Of a stretch of DNA of 64,000 bases, positions 1-12,791 are shown in pieces. The notes beneath the pieces are model-generated. The model had not been told where the DNA came from. It worked only from the letters and a program-made list of their open reading frames with translations, and did no database searches. The stretch is from NCBI GenBank assembly GCA_964016885.1, contig OZ024742.1, positions 48,546,001-48,610,000 on the forward strand. The letters are read 5' to 3'. The DNA is from Eledone cirrhosa. Taxonomy: Eukaryota. The position numbers and the translations under genes are program-made. Positions within the stretch are counted from its first letter, which is position 1. Each line of letters opens with the position of its first letter.

Positions 1-69
1 TGCTTCGGTCCATATCGTTCTCTACTATAAAGAAGAAACGTAGCCCTCAGAAATAGGGTGGCAAAGAGT

Positions 70-165
70 ATCGCCATCTTCGAAAGCAGAGGCCTGAGGA
101 CTATGAAAATCATCAGCTGGGACCAACACGTTTCCAACAAAGTGTTGTGTGCGAGAACACATTAA
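70..165 (+). mobile_element. LINE (RTE/L2-like) C-terminal fragment
   Basis: Translates IAIFESRGLRTMKIISWDQHVSNKVLCART, resembling the F..rcLR.I..IsW.d.vsN.ev post-RT motif. Confidence 0.55.
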
Positions 166-229
166 CCAAAGTATATTTTATGACCATTACCCTCTTTTAA
201 GATTCAAAGCTGAAACAACCCACACCAAA

Positions 230-1130
230 ATGAAAATAGACCCTGTTTTCCTCTATTCAATTACATAGTTTAATATTAATATTATACGCATTTCATTTAC
301 TGTAATTGGTGTGATTATCTTCTGCAAATCTGAGATTGTTGGTATTCTCTCTTTTAACATATCCCATCAATTCACTTCGCTGTTTTTATTGCTTTCAAAA
401 ATTATGTTTCTAATATTTGTAATTCATCTGTATATACACAAATATTGAATTTGTAATATGATTTGATTCGATTTGTATAAACGTTTGTACATATTTTCTG
501 TATATTATTTCAATAGTTAACTTTCATAAAAAAATGTTATCGTTGTATTCAACAGCTGCACTTGCTTTATTAATTTTAGATTATAAAAATCTGATTCAAT
601 TTCATGATATTTTGGGAATAGACACCTTTATATTTTTTCTTGATTTTCTTTAATGATCAACGTTTAAATGCTTCAGTCTGTGTTTCCAGTTTCTTTGGAA
701 ATTCTATAGATTTTATCTCCTTTCGTTTGCAATTGAAATTGATTTTTGTTATATCCAATTAGATTTTTCATTGTTTCTAAGGCTTTTTACGGATTTGTTT
801 TTTGCATTTTCCTCTTGCATAATTTGTTTTCTTGAATTCCAAATAATTTGAAGCTCATCAGTGAAAAGTTATTAACTAAAATCAATGCAGAATTTTCAAT
901 GAATTAGTATTTTGCTTACGTCTTTGGTTTCTTTTAACATTTTAATAGCAAATTTAATCTTACTAAGTTCAGCATAAAGACAAATTTCCGGTATATATGG
1001 AATGATGTATGATACCTGAGCCATAGGTAGTCCTTTTTACATTGAACCTACAATCTATAAAATTAGGTTTTGATTAGATAAAATATAAATTGCGTGATAT
1101 GCATTTTAAAGTCGTTTTTCATTACTAGAT
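230..1130 (-). pseudogene. Heavily decayed AT-rich coding relic, possibly a LINE linker region
   Basis: Minus strand gives DLQKIITPITVNEMR, like the pre-RT pit..Ei motif; many stops and frameshifts. Confidence 0.25.
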
Positions 1131-1969
1131 CTTTTTAATTTCGTATTCTATAGTAAAGGTACGAGATGTGTCCTCTTAAAATGTATGTGTACCGATAGCT
1201 ACATAAAAACATACACACAAGTGCGTGTGTGCACACGCACGTATACATGCACATATATGCTATATGAAAGGTGTTACAATCAGTTGATTCCACAAATTTC
1301 CCTTCACTTATATGATGTTTGCAACAAAAAAAATGAAAGTAAAGATAAGGGAGAAGGAGAGGGACCGAGAGATAATGCACTAGGCTCTAAGCTGTTTTTT
1401 CAGAAGCCCACACGGATACAATAGTGAAGGAATAACCGTAGAGAACGTATATCTTTTCATCAGATAATTATAAAATAAAGTGAATGATTGAATAGGTATT
1501 TAGCTCAAAAAATTATTTTATATCTGCATTAAACGAATAGGCAAATGACAGCCACATAATACAAATATAAAATAAACCATAGTATTCGGTTAAACCTACC
1601 ACATCTATTGTACACATTGTTGCATTACAAAACAACTGTATTTAATATCCCGATGAGCTCAGCTTGAAGTTATATTACCGACGGTCTTTTAACCAGAAGA
1701 ATAACAACATTTTTTCCTAACATTTTTCATCCAGAATTTCGTTATTCTACACACTCTTGTTTTCTTTTGTAAATTCACAGATTAACATATACAGATAAGA
1801 CTCCTATTTCTAGAATATCTGATGAGCACATAGAGATGCATTTAAACGTGTTGTCGATGCTGATTGTGATGTCAATATGGTTGTAGTTGCTAAAGTCTTG
1901 AAAGGGAAGGAAAGAGCTGGGTTTGAGTCATCATTGAGAGAGCAGGAAAGAGAGGCTGTCATATATATA

Positions 1970-2146
1970 CGAGAGGTGCTGAACATTTCCGGGCTTGTTC
2001 GCTGCTAACGAGGCCTGTTTAGAGGTCCAATCTTCCGAGTTATTTTTAAAAGGCTTAGACAAACTGAAGGAGCGCTGCAATAAGAGTGTACCTACTCTAC
2101 TGCATTTTCTTTTACTCCAAACCAGGAACCTTTCCTCATCCCCTCG
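1970..2146 (+). mobile_element. Internally deleted mariner element
   Basis: TA-flanked imperfect TIRs (cgagaggtgctgaacatttccggg / ccaggaacctttcctcatcccctcg); internal AANEACLEVQSSELFLKGLDKLKERCNK matches a mariner transposase C-terminus. Confidence 0.7.
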
Positions 2147-2155
2147 TATATATAG

Positions 2156-2245
<90 letters not shown>

Positions 2246-2297
2246 GATCCCGTTAAGGATGAAAGCAGCGATTCTTTGCTTAAACATTAATCTGTTA

Positions 2298-2341
<44 letters not shown>

Positions 2342-2460
2342 TACATACACGCACACACACACATATATATATGTATATATGTGTTTGTGTGTGCGTGTGT
2401 ATGTATAGATAGATAGATATGGATATAAATAGAGAGATACATATATAGATGGATAAATAC

Positions 2461-2493
<33 letters not shown>

Positions 2494-3361
2494 GAGGGAG
2501 AGGGGGGAGAAAAAGGGATCAGAGAGAGTGAGAGAGTGATATTTACACATAGATAAAACTTTATCATCGTCAGTGGAGTGTGACGCAACACTAAGTTATT
2601 CGATGAACCAAGTTCATTTCAAAGGTCTATGTATCCCCTTGTGAAAAACATACATTTCACGATTTCCTATCATCATGCTTCTAGAAGAAAAAGTAAATAA
2701 AATAAAATAAAATAAAATGATGATATAATTTTTTTTTCTTATTGAAATTGCAATTAATATTTACTTTGACCTTTCTTTTTTTCTTTCTTTTTTCTTTCTT
2801 TTTTTTTCTTTCTTTCTCTTTTTCTTTCTTTCTTTTTTTCTTTCTTTACTAGTATGTTATTCTTGAGACTGTTGCTTCTTGTATTTTCTGTGTTTGATGT
2901 TCACTTTTATATATATTTTTCATGTAGTTGTTGACTTTTGTTCGTTCTTATATGTTTGTTATTAATTTGCTTCCTGATGTTCTTAAAAAAAAAAAAACAA
3001 ATAAAAAACTATTTTAATATAAGACATGATATTCAGCCCAGTATCATTAAAGACTAAAGAAGAGAAATTATTTAATAAAATCACTGACTTGCGACGAAGT
3101 TTTTAATATATACGCGGTCGGTTAGTGATATTTTATTACAAAACATAAAAAAGGAAAATGAGATACGAAAAATATTGCAGGCAACATTCTCAAAAATTTA
3201 TTGGATTTAACGATACGCTACTTCCGGAAATTTATTAAACCCTTGTTTAAAATCGGTATCTTTATGTCCGTCTCAGTCTGTCTCTCACTTGCTTATCTAT
3301 TTCTCTCCTTCTTACTATCTGTCTATCTAACTATATATCTTTCTCTCTCTCTCTCTCTCTG

Positions 3362-3396
<35 letters not shown>

Positions 3397-3491
3397 CTGC
3401 GTGCGCGCGTTTGTGCGTGTGTATCTTTGTGTGTGAATTGCTAAATTTCGCGCCAAGCGTAACATTATTTTCACAAAATTGTACTCGAGCC

Positions 3492-3527
<36 letters not shown>

Positions 3528-4029
3528 ATATATATATATATATATATATAATTTTTTAGTATAATGACTTGCTGTTTACATTGGTATGCACCATTATCAC
3601 CTGTATAGAAACGAACGTAGATATTAAAAAATGGATTTAATTTGATAACATTGGCACTTTTCATTAAAAACACACACACACACAGACACACTCATATATA
3701 TATACATGTGCAAGTGTGGTGTGTGTGAGCATGCTTTTGCGTATTAATATAGAATAAGCACTTATGTATATAATTCTAAATATATGTATTATATTTATTA
3801 TATCATATTAATTGATGTCATCGTCTAACATCCTAATGCACGATGGGAAACATTAACCTACAAACTACCAGATTATCGCTCTCATTTAAATATTAGGAAA
3901 TGGAGCAAATCTTTCTTACGTAAACACCTCACTTTCTATCTTAACTATCTTCACCTTCCTTCCAGAGTCAACTTCATAATAATCATTCGACCTGTTAGAT
4001 ATGAATTCAGAGCTTATTGGCATAGATTA

Positions 4030-4232
4030 TTACATTCCCTGTAAATGAGAAATAACAGCAATTTAATGGAATGTCTACGTCGTTTCTTAACTGGTATTAT
4101 GTTTTATCGACTGTAGTAGGGTGAAAAGCCAATTTGAACTCGACTAGATTTGAGCTAAAAGCGTAAAGTGTTAGAACAAATGAAGCAGAAATCTTTGTCC
4201 GGTAGCTCTAACAATGCTGCAACTATACCGCT
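4030..4232 (-). mobile_element. Decayed tRNA-derived SINE (second partial copy about 4300-4400)
   Basis: Reverse complement of the gagttcaaat...ctttcatcc...gtcgataaaa...taccag core. Confidence 0.55.
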
Positions 4233-5159
4233 CTTATGACGATAAAAATATCGATATCTAATTCATACACAAGGACAGCAAAAGGTAAGGGCAAACTTAA
4301 TTTCATCAAATCTAGTATTTAATTTGCCCCCTCCCCATGGAATGATGAAAAGCAAAGTTGACCTTGGCGGGATATGAACTTATATTATAAGGAGCCAAAA
4401 CAAATACAACAATGTCATTTTATTAGACGATCTACTTTTGAATATAATAGAACTGTGTTAGACCAGACCTGAGAGTAATTACAAGAGTAATAGTTGATTT
4501 GGTTTAGTATCGCAATCGGTATTACTTTTTCTTTCATTCTGTGTATCTATATGTCTCCCCCACACACACCCTCTCTCCCTCTTCTCCTCATCGTCCTTCT
4601 CCTCCTCGTCCTTCTCCCCCTCTGTTTCTCTCACTGCCCTTGAAGTAGATTTCGGCAACGCATGAGATCGAGTAATGCGAAAAGACTATTCAACACATGC
4701 TGCTTTCAGTTTTAACTTTCTTTCTTGCGGGTTCATTACATATTAGAGAAGTAGTACGAACTTCGATTAGAGAAAATGTCACTGTTAATATTATTAGCGT
4801 CTAACAAAATTATATAGTATGAAGGCAATTATAGTTCAGTATAAGTGTGTATGACAGTGTGTAGCCTACTAATCATACACAGTGAGTTCCGGGAAGCATA
4901 ACTATATTCTGAAAAGTAAAATTATTTAGTCTAAAGTAAACGCCTACAATACACCTTTGTTTTTACTATGAAAAATAGTCCTTTCCAGGGGCTTATATGC
5001 CTTACTTATTTGACTATTTTTCTAAGTCAAACAATCAGCGTTCGTTGTTTTCTTAATTTACAAAACGTTCGTAAGTCAGTAAGCGCCTAATAAACTAGAT
5101 TGTTTATAAATAAATAATATACACATACATACATGATGGTTGCCCCCTTGTTATCGAGT

Positions 5160-5672
5160 ATGGCCATTGCACGATATACTATTATTAATAATTATTAATT
5201 AATTCTATCGGGCAATGCCTGTGAGTGAAGATTTTTTTTTTAACTGAGGAAAGCCTGTGCACTGAGCCAATCCTACTCTCTGAGCGACAGTAGCTATAAC
5301 CCGAAAATAAGAAAAGATCAACATCATCGGTAACTACTGAGCCGCAGGTTTTATGTTGGAGTTGTCCCAGTTTCCTGAGTTGCCTTCTCCTAGGAGAATG
5401 CCCTGACAAAGGTTAGGGGTCCTTCACTCCCAGTGGTTTAACCGCGCGGTACATGTGTATATACATATTTACACACCTTCGGATGGACGTTGACTCTTAT
5501 GAGTTCTTCCACTCTTTGTCAGGTTTTGTTTTTCGTCCTGCAGGGTGTCCAAAATCACCCTCCTCACCAAGTAAACTTGGAGGGATTGCCGGTTTAGTCA
5601 CCGACAACCCGACCATGCGGCAGGTTGTACTGGGTTACATGCTACCAGCAGCACTCAAGAGTGGCCCGACAT
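5160..5672 (-). mobile_element. RTE-type LINE 5'UTR fragment
   Basis: GC-rich; minus strand has ...ctaggagaaggcaactc, a motif typical of RTE 5'UTRs; abuts (TACA)n/(TA)n; similar motif at about 12610-12670 (+). Confidence 0.45.
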
Positions 5673-5756
5673 AAATACATACATATATACATACATACAT
5701 ACATACATACATACATACATACATACATACATACATACATACATACATACATACAT

Positions 5757-5787
<31 letters not shown>

Positions 5788-5808
5788 AATAGATATGTAT
5801 ATATATAT

Positions 5809-5889
<81 letters not shown>

Positions 5890-5894
5890 TATAT

Positions 5895-6193
5895 ATATAA
5901 AGAAAAAGAGATGAAATCGAAAATGCAACTGAAGTCTTATTTTTTTTTAAATATATATATTTATTTGGTTTCTTTACCGGTTTCGCAGTTCAGATGTGAG
6001 AAAAACCACAGACCCTCCATCTCAACTCACCTTTTGAAAAGCAGAAGAACTGCGAAACCGGTAAAGGAACCAAATAAATATATATATTTTTTTAAAAAAT
6101 AAGACTTGCATTTTCGATTTCATCTCTTTTTCTTTATACTTCCACTCGTGTAGGACACCTCGGTTATTTTTCATTTTGTAAAAAACACCTCAC

Positions 6194-6200
<7 letters not shown>
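5895..6200 (+). mobile_element. Fold-back PLE terminal fragment with HHR, inside (TA)n
   Basis: 5895-5990 is the inverted copy of 6047-6137; same family at 24448-24717 (-) and 26113-26250 (+), diverged copy at 27390-27700 (-). Confidence 0.8.
6030..6067 (+). ncRNA. Minimal type I hammerhead ribozyme, U3-A8 core variant
   Basis: cctt UUGAAAA gcag-aagaa-ctgc GAAAC cg GUA aagg; stems I and II pair, stem III is the palindrome accggt. Confidence 0.75.
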
Positions 6201-6224
<24 letters not shown>

Positions 6225-6826
6225 CCTATATGACCACGCAGAATTAGCGTGGTGGGGTCAATCAAATACTATATCTTCTCCCTGTCGACAACTGCAACAG
6301 TAATTACTTGTGTGAAGTGGTAGAAGCGACGCATTAATATCAAAACCAAGAGGATATTAGACTCAATAGCTAGTGTTTGTAATCTTCATTACAGATTATG
6401 AAGATCTGTACTTCTGGTAAACAGTTTCTCTTTGAACTGTATTTCACTTTTACTAATATTACTTTTCATTTCTTTTGTCTTTATCTAGAATGCGTTTCCT
6501 GCTAACATTTCCAGACTCATTTTTTATGTTCTCTCATACAAACTCACAAATATGTTATATAAAATATGTTGCTTTTTCAATGCTTTTCGTCTCATGTCGT
6601 TATTTTCGTCACACGTCAAAGAACTGCCGAAGAGATGATGTAATTCACATGGTTACAAAATCTATTCAATGAAAAACACATGGGAATTTGAAGCTGATAT
6701 CACCAATCTGAAAAACTTTGCTCTCTACTTACACAAACACTCATACATTCCTATATATGCTCTGGTATATATGTGAGACAAATAAATGAATACATGCATA
6801 CATACACACATACACACACACACATT

Positions 6827-6871
<45 letters not shown>

Positions 6872-6897
6872 ATATGTATACATATATGTGTGTGCGT

Positions 6898-6955
<58 letters not shown>

Positions 6956-7139
6956 GCTGTGTGTGTGCGTGTGCATGTATGCATACATGCATGTTTGTAT
7001 GTATGCATGTATGTATGTATAAGCTGCGAGTTAACAAATGAAGCATTGGCAACATTTGAAATTAGAAATTTAGTTGTCCCAATGTAGATTACTTTAATAT
7101 ACGGTCTTTTAATTTAAATATTAACCCCAACTCACCGGC

Positions 7140-7750
7140 GTTTGTTTGTTTACAAACAAACAAACCGAGCATTATAATAAATGTTCGGTAAACCGATACG
7201 TGCATGTATATATGTGTGCATGTATGTATATATATATACACACTACTGTACGTCTGTATACATATATATATGTATGTACGTATACATGCATATATACTTA
7301 CATTTAAGTAAGTGTCGTACTAAGAGTGAGAAATGAAATTTCGTTTCATTCTATTCCATATATCGTTTTCGGTGCGCCCGGCCGACTGAACTCACTCGAT
7401 ATGCAAATTAGGCTGCTCAGCCGTTAATATGCATAAGGAGAGTATATACTTTCAGACGTTCAACCATCTGGCAGGAAGGTATACGATGCTGACGATAGCT
7501 AATAAGCTTGAACACTAGTACATCGTTCCTGTGTCAGTGTTGAACAAAAAGGTGACGTGGTTGCTTAAACACTGTACGGCGTAATTGGGCTGTTTGTTTG
7601 TTTACAAACAAACAAACCGATTATAATAAATCTTCGGTAAACCGATACGTGCATGTATATATGTGTGTATGTATGTATATATATACATACTACTGTACGT
7701 CTGTATACATATATATATGTATGTACGTATACATGCATATATATATATAT
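7140..7750 (+). repeat. Non-coding 452-bp HHR-containing repeat, about 1.35 tandem units (family A)
   Basis: Unit restarts at 7592; HHR 7484-7525 (cgatg CUGACGA t agct-aata-agct t GAA[c]AC ta GUA catcg); octamer 7401-7408. Confidence 0.8.
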
Positions 7751-8158
7751 GCATATATTCAAAATAGGGAGCGCACAGGACAAAGGCAAAGGCTAAAAGA
7801 AACGTCAGTGAACACCTCAAAATAACTAAGGTGTCGGTGATTAAGGTTGATAGCGTTCATCCCAGAGCACAGTGGGACATAACAAAACAGGTAGAGAAAT
7901 GTCATGCTATTAGGCAAATTACATAATTATAGAGTGCACAAGGAGTTACCCAAAGGAGGAAGTTATAGAAACGAGAGAAATAGTAAAACAGAAGAGAATA
8001 AGGACTGTTTTCCAACGTGCAGACAAATTCACCGAGGCGTAAAATAAGTAAAAAGGGAGATAGAAGACAACATGCATGGTGGTGTGATGTCTATTATATG
8101 ATAGTTTCAAGAAAAGCCCACATGGCTAATATTTTAGAATATAAATACAATATAGGGT

Positions 8159-8236
<78 letters not shown>

Positions 8237-8304
8237 ATATATATATATACATATATATATATAGTTTTGCGAGGTTTTTTATATGAAATCGTGTGTCGAA
8301 ACAA

Positions 8305-11300
8305 ATATTGTTATACTTGGGGAGGGTCATATTTGTGTAATATTGCCAGAATTAATAACAGAACACACTCACTGTTTGGTTGGTTTTAGCTTCTATGTCT
8401 TTTATATCGGTAATCTAATATACTCGGTCCTCAATGTTGCCATTGACTGACCGACGGTAGTAGTAATATAACGGTAGTAGTAATATAAACAATAACTCTG
8501 AGTATAGAAATAACAGCCATAACAATAACAATAGCAGGAAAGTGAGAAATAGTAATAATGGTAATAATACTAACGATAGACAGAACAACAACAACCACAA
8601 TAATAATAATAATAGAAACATTAACCACAGACACAGCAGCAGCGACCACAGTAGTAATAACGGTAACAATACGAACAACAACAAAAATAACCACAGTGGT
8701 AATAATGGAAATAATACATGTAGCAACATTAATGATAGACACAACAAAAACAAGAAACATAATAAAAGTAACAACCGCAATGGTAGAAATAACAGTAACA
8801 ACAACAATAACGGTGAAGTAAACAACAATACAGCTAGCAATCATAACAATAATAATAATGCTAATGATAGGAATAACAACAACCACCATCATAACAATAA
8901 TAGCAACACACAACTATGACGATAGATATAATGACAACCCCTTAGAGAAACTATTTTTCAACCCAGCTGACAAAACATATAAGATGGGTAATATCTATCC
9001 TACGAGGTTACCCTTTAATAAAAGCGTTTGCATACCACAACAAATAGATAACGAGACAGAGGCACAGTTCACCATAGCTAGAAATAAGATTAGACAAATA
9101 GTAGACAGGTATACTGAGAGACAGAGCAGACCAGATGCCCAACAACTTGGGAGGAAACCTGTAGACGGCTTGGTTAGCCTCAAGCAGCGCACAAGGGATG
9201 GTGAGGTAGTATGTCTACCCATGGATAAGTCTGGTAGGATGTCAATAGATAGCATGCCGAACTACATCAAGGCTATGCAACCTCACATCACCAACACGAG
9301 CGAAATTGCACAACAAACACACGATGGGAGAGAGAAAATCCTCAACGCTCACATGATGATGTGGACTGACATCCTAAAGCCAAGCAGACGCACTGCCAAC
9401 AACTTCCAGGCGTCTAACAATGGCATACCACCCTTGTATGTGCTCCGCAAAGACCACAAGACAGTCGACGACCCGACAACGGGACCACCAACAAGACCCG
9501 TGTGCGGAGCTAATATAGCTAGTAACTACAGGATCTCCTACTTCCTCTCAATGGTTATACGCCCCATAATCAAGATGTCCCCGGATGTATGTGACAGTAC
9601 AGAGGACCTCCTCAGCAGAATCAGTGAGTGCAACAAAACAGGAACCTATCCAACTGCATAATAGGCAGCATGGATGTGGTATCACTGTACCCATCCATTA
9701 ACATTGATTTTACTGTGAAAAAATGTGTGGAGATGATCATTGAGAGTGAGGTGGAGTTCGGCGACGTCGACACAGACGAACTGGGCCTCTCTCTTAGACT
9801 TACCTACGACACTGACTACCTAGACAGTCATGACCTTAGACGTTTCTGCCCTAGTAGACCCATAAGAGTTAGACCCCCCACCATAACCTCAATGGCAAAA
9901 AAGACTCCCATGGGAAGGTGGATTGGGTGGACCAAAGCTATACAGACCACCCAAAACAATGATCAGGTAAGAAAAATGATCGCACATGCAATAGGGGCTA
10001 GTATCAAAACTACCCTCAAGGGCCACATATTCAAGTTCACCCAAAATGAAGGAGCAGCCATTGGCGTCAGCATAGCTGGTGATGTTGCCAACCTTTTCAT
10101 GGTATGGTGGGAAAGGAGACTTAAAGATCTCCTTAATGAGAGCTCCATAGACCTCATCATGTACTCTCGTTATGTAGACGATATCAATATAGTTATAAGA
10201 ACATCCCCACTAGAGAGCACTAACAAGTTTGATTTAGAACGTAGCACAATGGAAAGCATCCAGCAGATAGCTAATTCCATACACCAGAGTATAACTGTAA
10301 CTATCGACTTCCCTTCCAAACACCCTAACAATAGACTAGCTGTATTAGACACTGAGCTCTGGATTAACACTATAGACGAGAGAGCCCAAATCTCCACTCA
10401 CACTATGCTAAACCCATGGCCTCCAAATACCTGATACTCAAAAACTCAGCAATGTCCAGTAGTGCTAAGTTTAATATTCTGATCGCAGATTTGGTACGAG
10501 TGATGAAGAATGTGTCCCGCATGTGCGACCCAACAGAAATGGAAAGACATCCAACACTTCATCAACCGCATGCAGTTCTCTGGCTACAACCAAAGAGACA
10601 GATTCAGAGTATACGAAGGAGCCATGGAGAAGTATAAGACCCTCATAGAACTGGACATGAAAGGAATTTGCCCATTATACAGGAGCAAATCATGGAATAG
10701 CTTAGATAGGGCTAGACATAAGATAGGGAAAGCCACCTCATGGTACGACAACCAGAGATACCAGAGTATCATGTTTGTGGACGCTACCCCTGGAGGGAAA
10801 TTAGCTAACCAGTGTAGAAAGACCCTGAGAAAGACCCACTTAAAAATTAAGGTCGTAGAAAAGCCAGGAACCACCATACAATCCCTGATCAGCAAAACCT
10901 ACCCTTTTAAGAAAACCCACTGTACCAATAGGAAGGTAAACCCCCGGATAAACTGTAAGACTAGAAACGTGTGTCTATAGCATAAGGTGTACAGAGGGTA
11001 CCTGCAGAAACATGACAACAACATACATCGGTGAGACAGCTCATAGCATAGGTGAAAGGATAGACCAACACTGGGGGGAACTAAAAGGACGAAAAAACGG
11101 GTCAGTACTATACGAACATGCCAGACAACATGACGGTAACATAGGCAAGATAGAAATTAGAATAATATCTAAAGATAGAAATGACCCAGCAGATAGGCAA
11201 ATCAGAGAGGCCAGTGAAATAGAACATAGAAGACCAAGACTAAAAAGAAAGAATGAATGGAATAACAACAACACCCAAACAAACAACACTGACCTAAGAG

Positions 11301-11822
11301 AAGTATAAATAAGTAAATAAAATAAAATAAAATAAAATAAAATAAATAAAAAAATAAATAAATACATACACAAGCACAATAACAACAAACACATAAACAC
11401 ACATTAGTCACCCAATCACGAACACACATCAGACATCAAACAAAACACTATACACACACGCAAACGCATGCGCAAAGAAGACAAAATAAAATAAACAAAC
11501 AAGCAAATAAATAAATATATAGACAGACTGAATAAAAATGGCGTAGCCATACAATTCTACAGGAGGAAACAACAAGCACCACTGACGATGTTGCAGATGT
11601 GCAACGAAAGATTTATGATAAACTATATATATGTGTTTGTGTCTATATTGTATCTGTGTTATATTTTTGACCGTCGGTCAGTCAATGGCAAAATTGAGGA
11701 CCGAGTATATTAGATTACCGATATAAAAGACACAGAAGCGAAAACCAACCAAACAGTGAGTGTGTTCTGTTATTAATTCTGGCAATATTACACAAATATG
11801 ACCCTCCCCAAGTATAACAATA
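8305..11822 (+). mobile_element. Penelope-like retroelement, 5'-truncated, with inverted terminal segment
   Basis: 8305-8458 is the inverse of 11670-11822; frameshifted RT plus GIY-YIG; decayed HHR 11577-11620; (TA)n nearby on both sides. Confidence 0.9.
8858..11308 (+). pseudogene. Frameshifted PLE reverse transcriptase / GIY-YIG endonuclease ORF
   Basis: DKSG, LYVLRKDHK...TRPV, SMDVVSLYPSI, GAAIG..IAG..ANLFM, RYVDD, YIGETAHSIGERIDQH, RQIREA spread over five frameshifted ORFs. Confidence 0.9.
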
Positions 11823-11839
11823 TATATATATATATATTG

Positions 11840-12290
<451 letters not shown>

Positions 12291-12742
12291 ATACGGTATA
12301 TTGCCAAATATACTATACATACATTCATGTATACATCTCTATTTCAGAGCACCAATACTAATACCATATGGGGAGAGGTGTTGTTAAAATTATCTGCACA
12401 CACCACATGCACCTACATGTATCAAAAGCGCTCACACACTCTTGTACAAGCTACATTAATACACCCATACAAGAATCAGATGAAGAGCTGGTAAGACTAT
12501 TTGCACAAATACTTATTGGAAGTATAGTATACAAAAAGGAAGTTACGAGGTGTGTAGTGGTTGGTTGATGGCACAACGTAGGTGATAAGTAGATATGCTA
12601 GGTGAGATGTGGGGTGTGAGCCCAGGATCTCTGCATTTGGTTTTCCAGGAGAAGGCAGATTTGGGAGCAGGAGTGCAGGATGGAGCTTACTAAATGTATG
12701 GGTCGCTGACCCGATTCTTTCTCCCCCCACCCCTATCATTCT

Positions 12743-12791
<49 letters not shown>

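Noticed and set aside
1815-1860. CUGAUGA...GUC motif, and similar partial motifs at 856 (-), 42285 (-) and 52515 (-)
   Set aside because: Core or stem I too decayed to call; possibly old PLE HHR relics
8415-8919. Asn-rich and Leu-rich membrane-like ORFs
   Set aside because: Degenerate (AAY)n repeat inside the PLE, read in several frames
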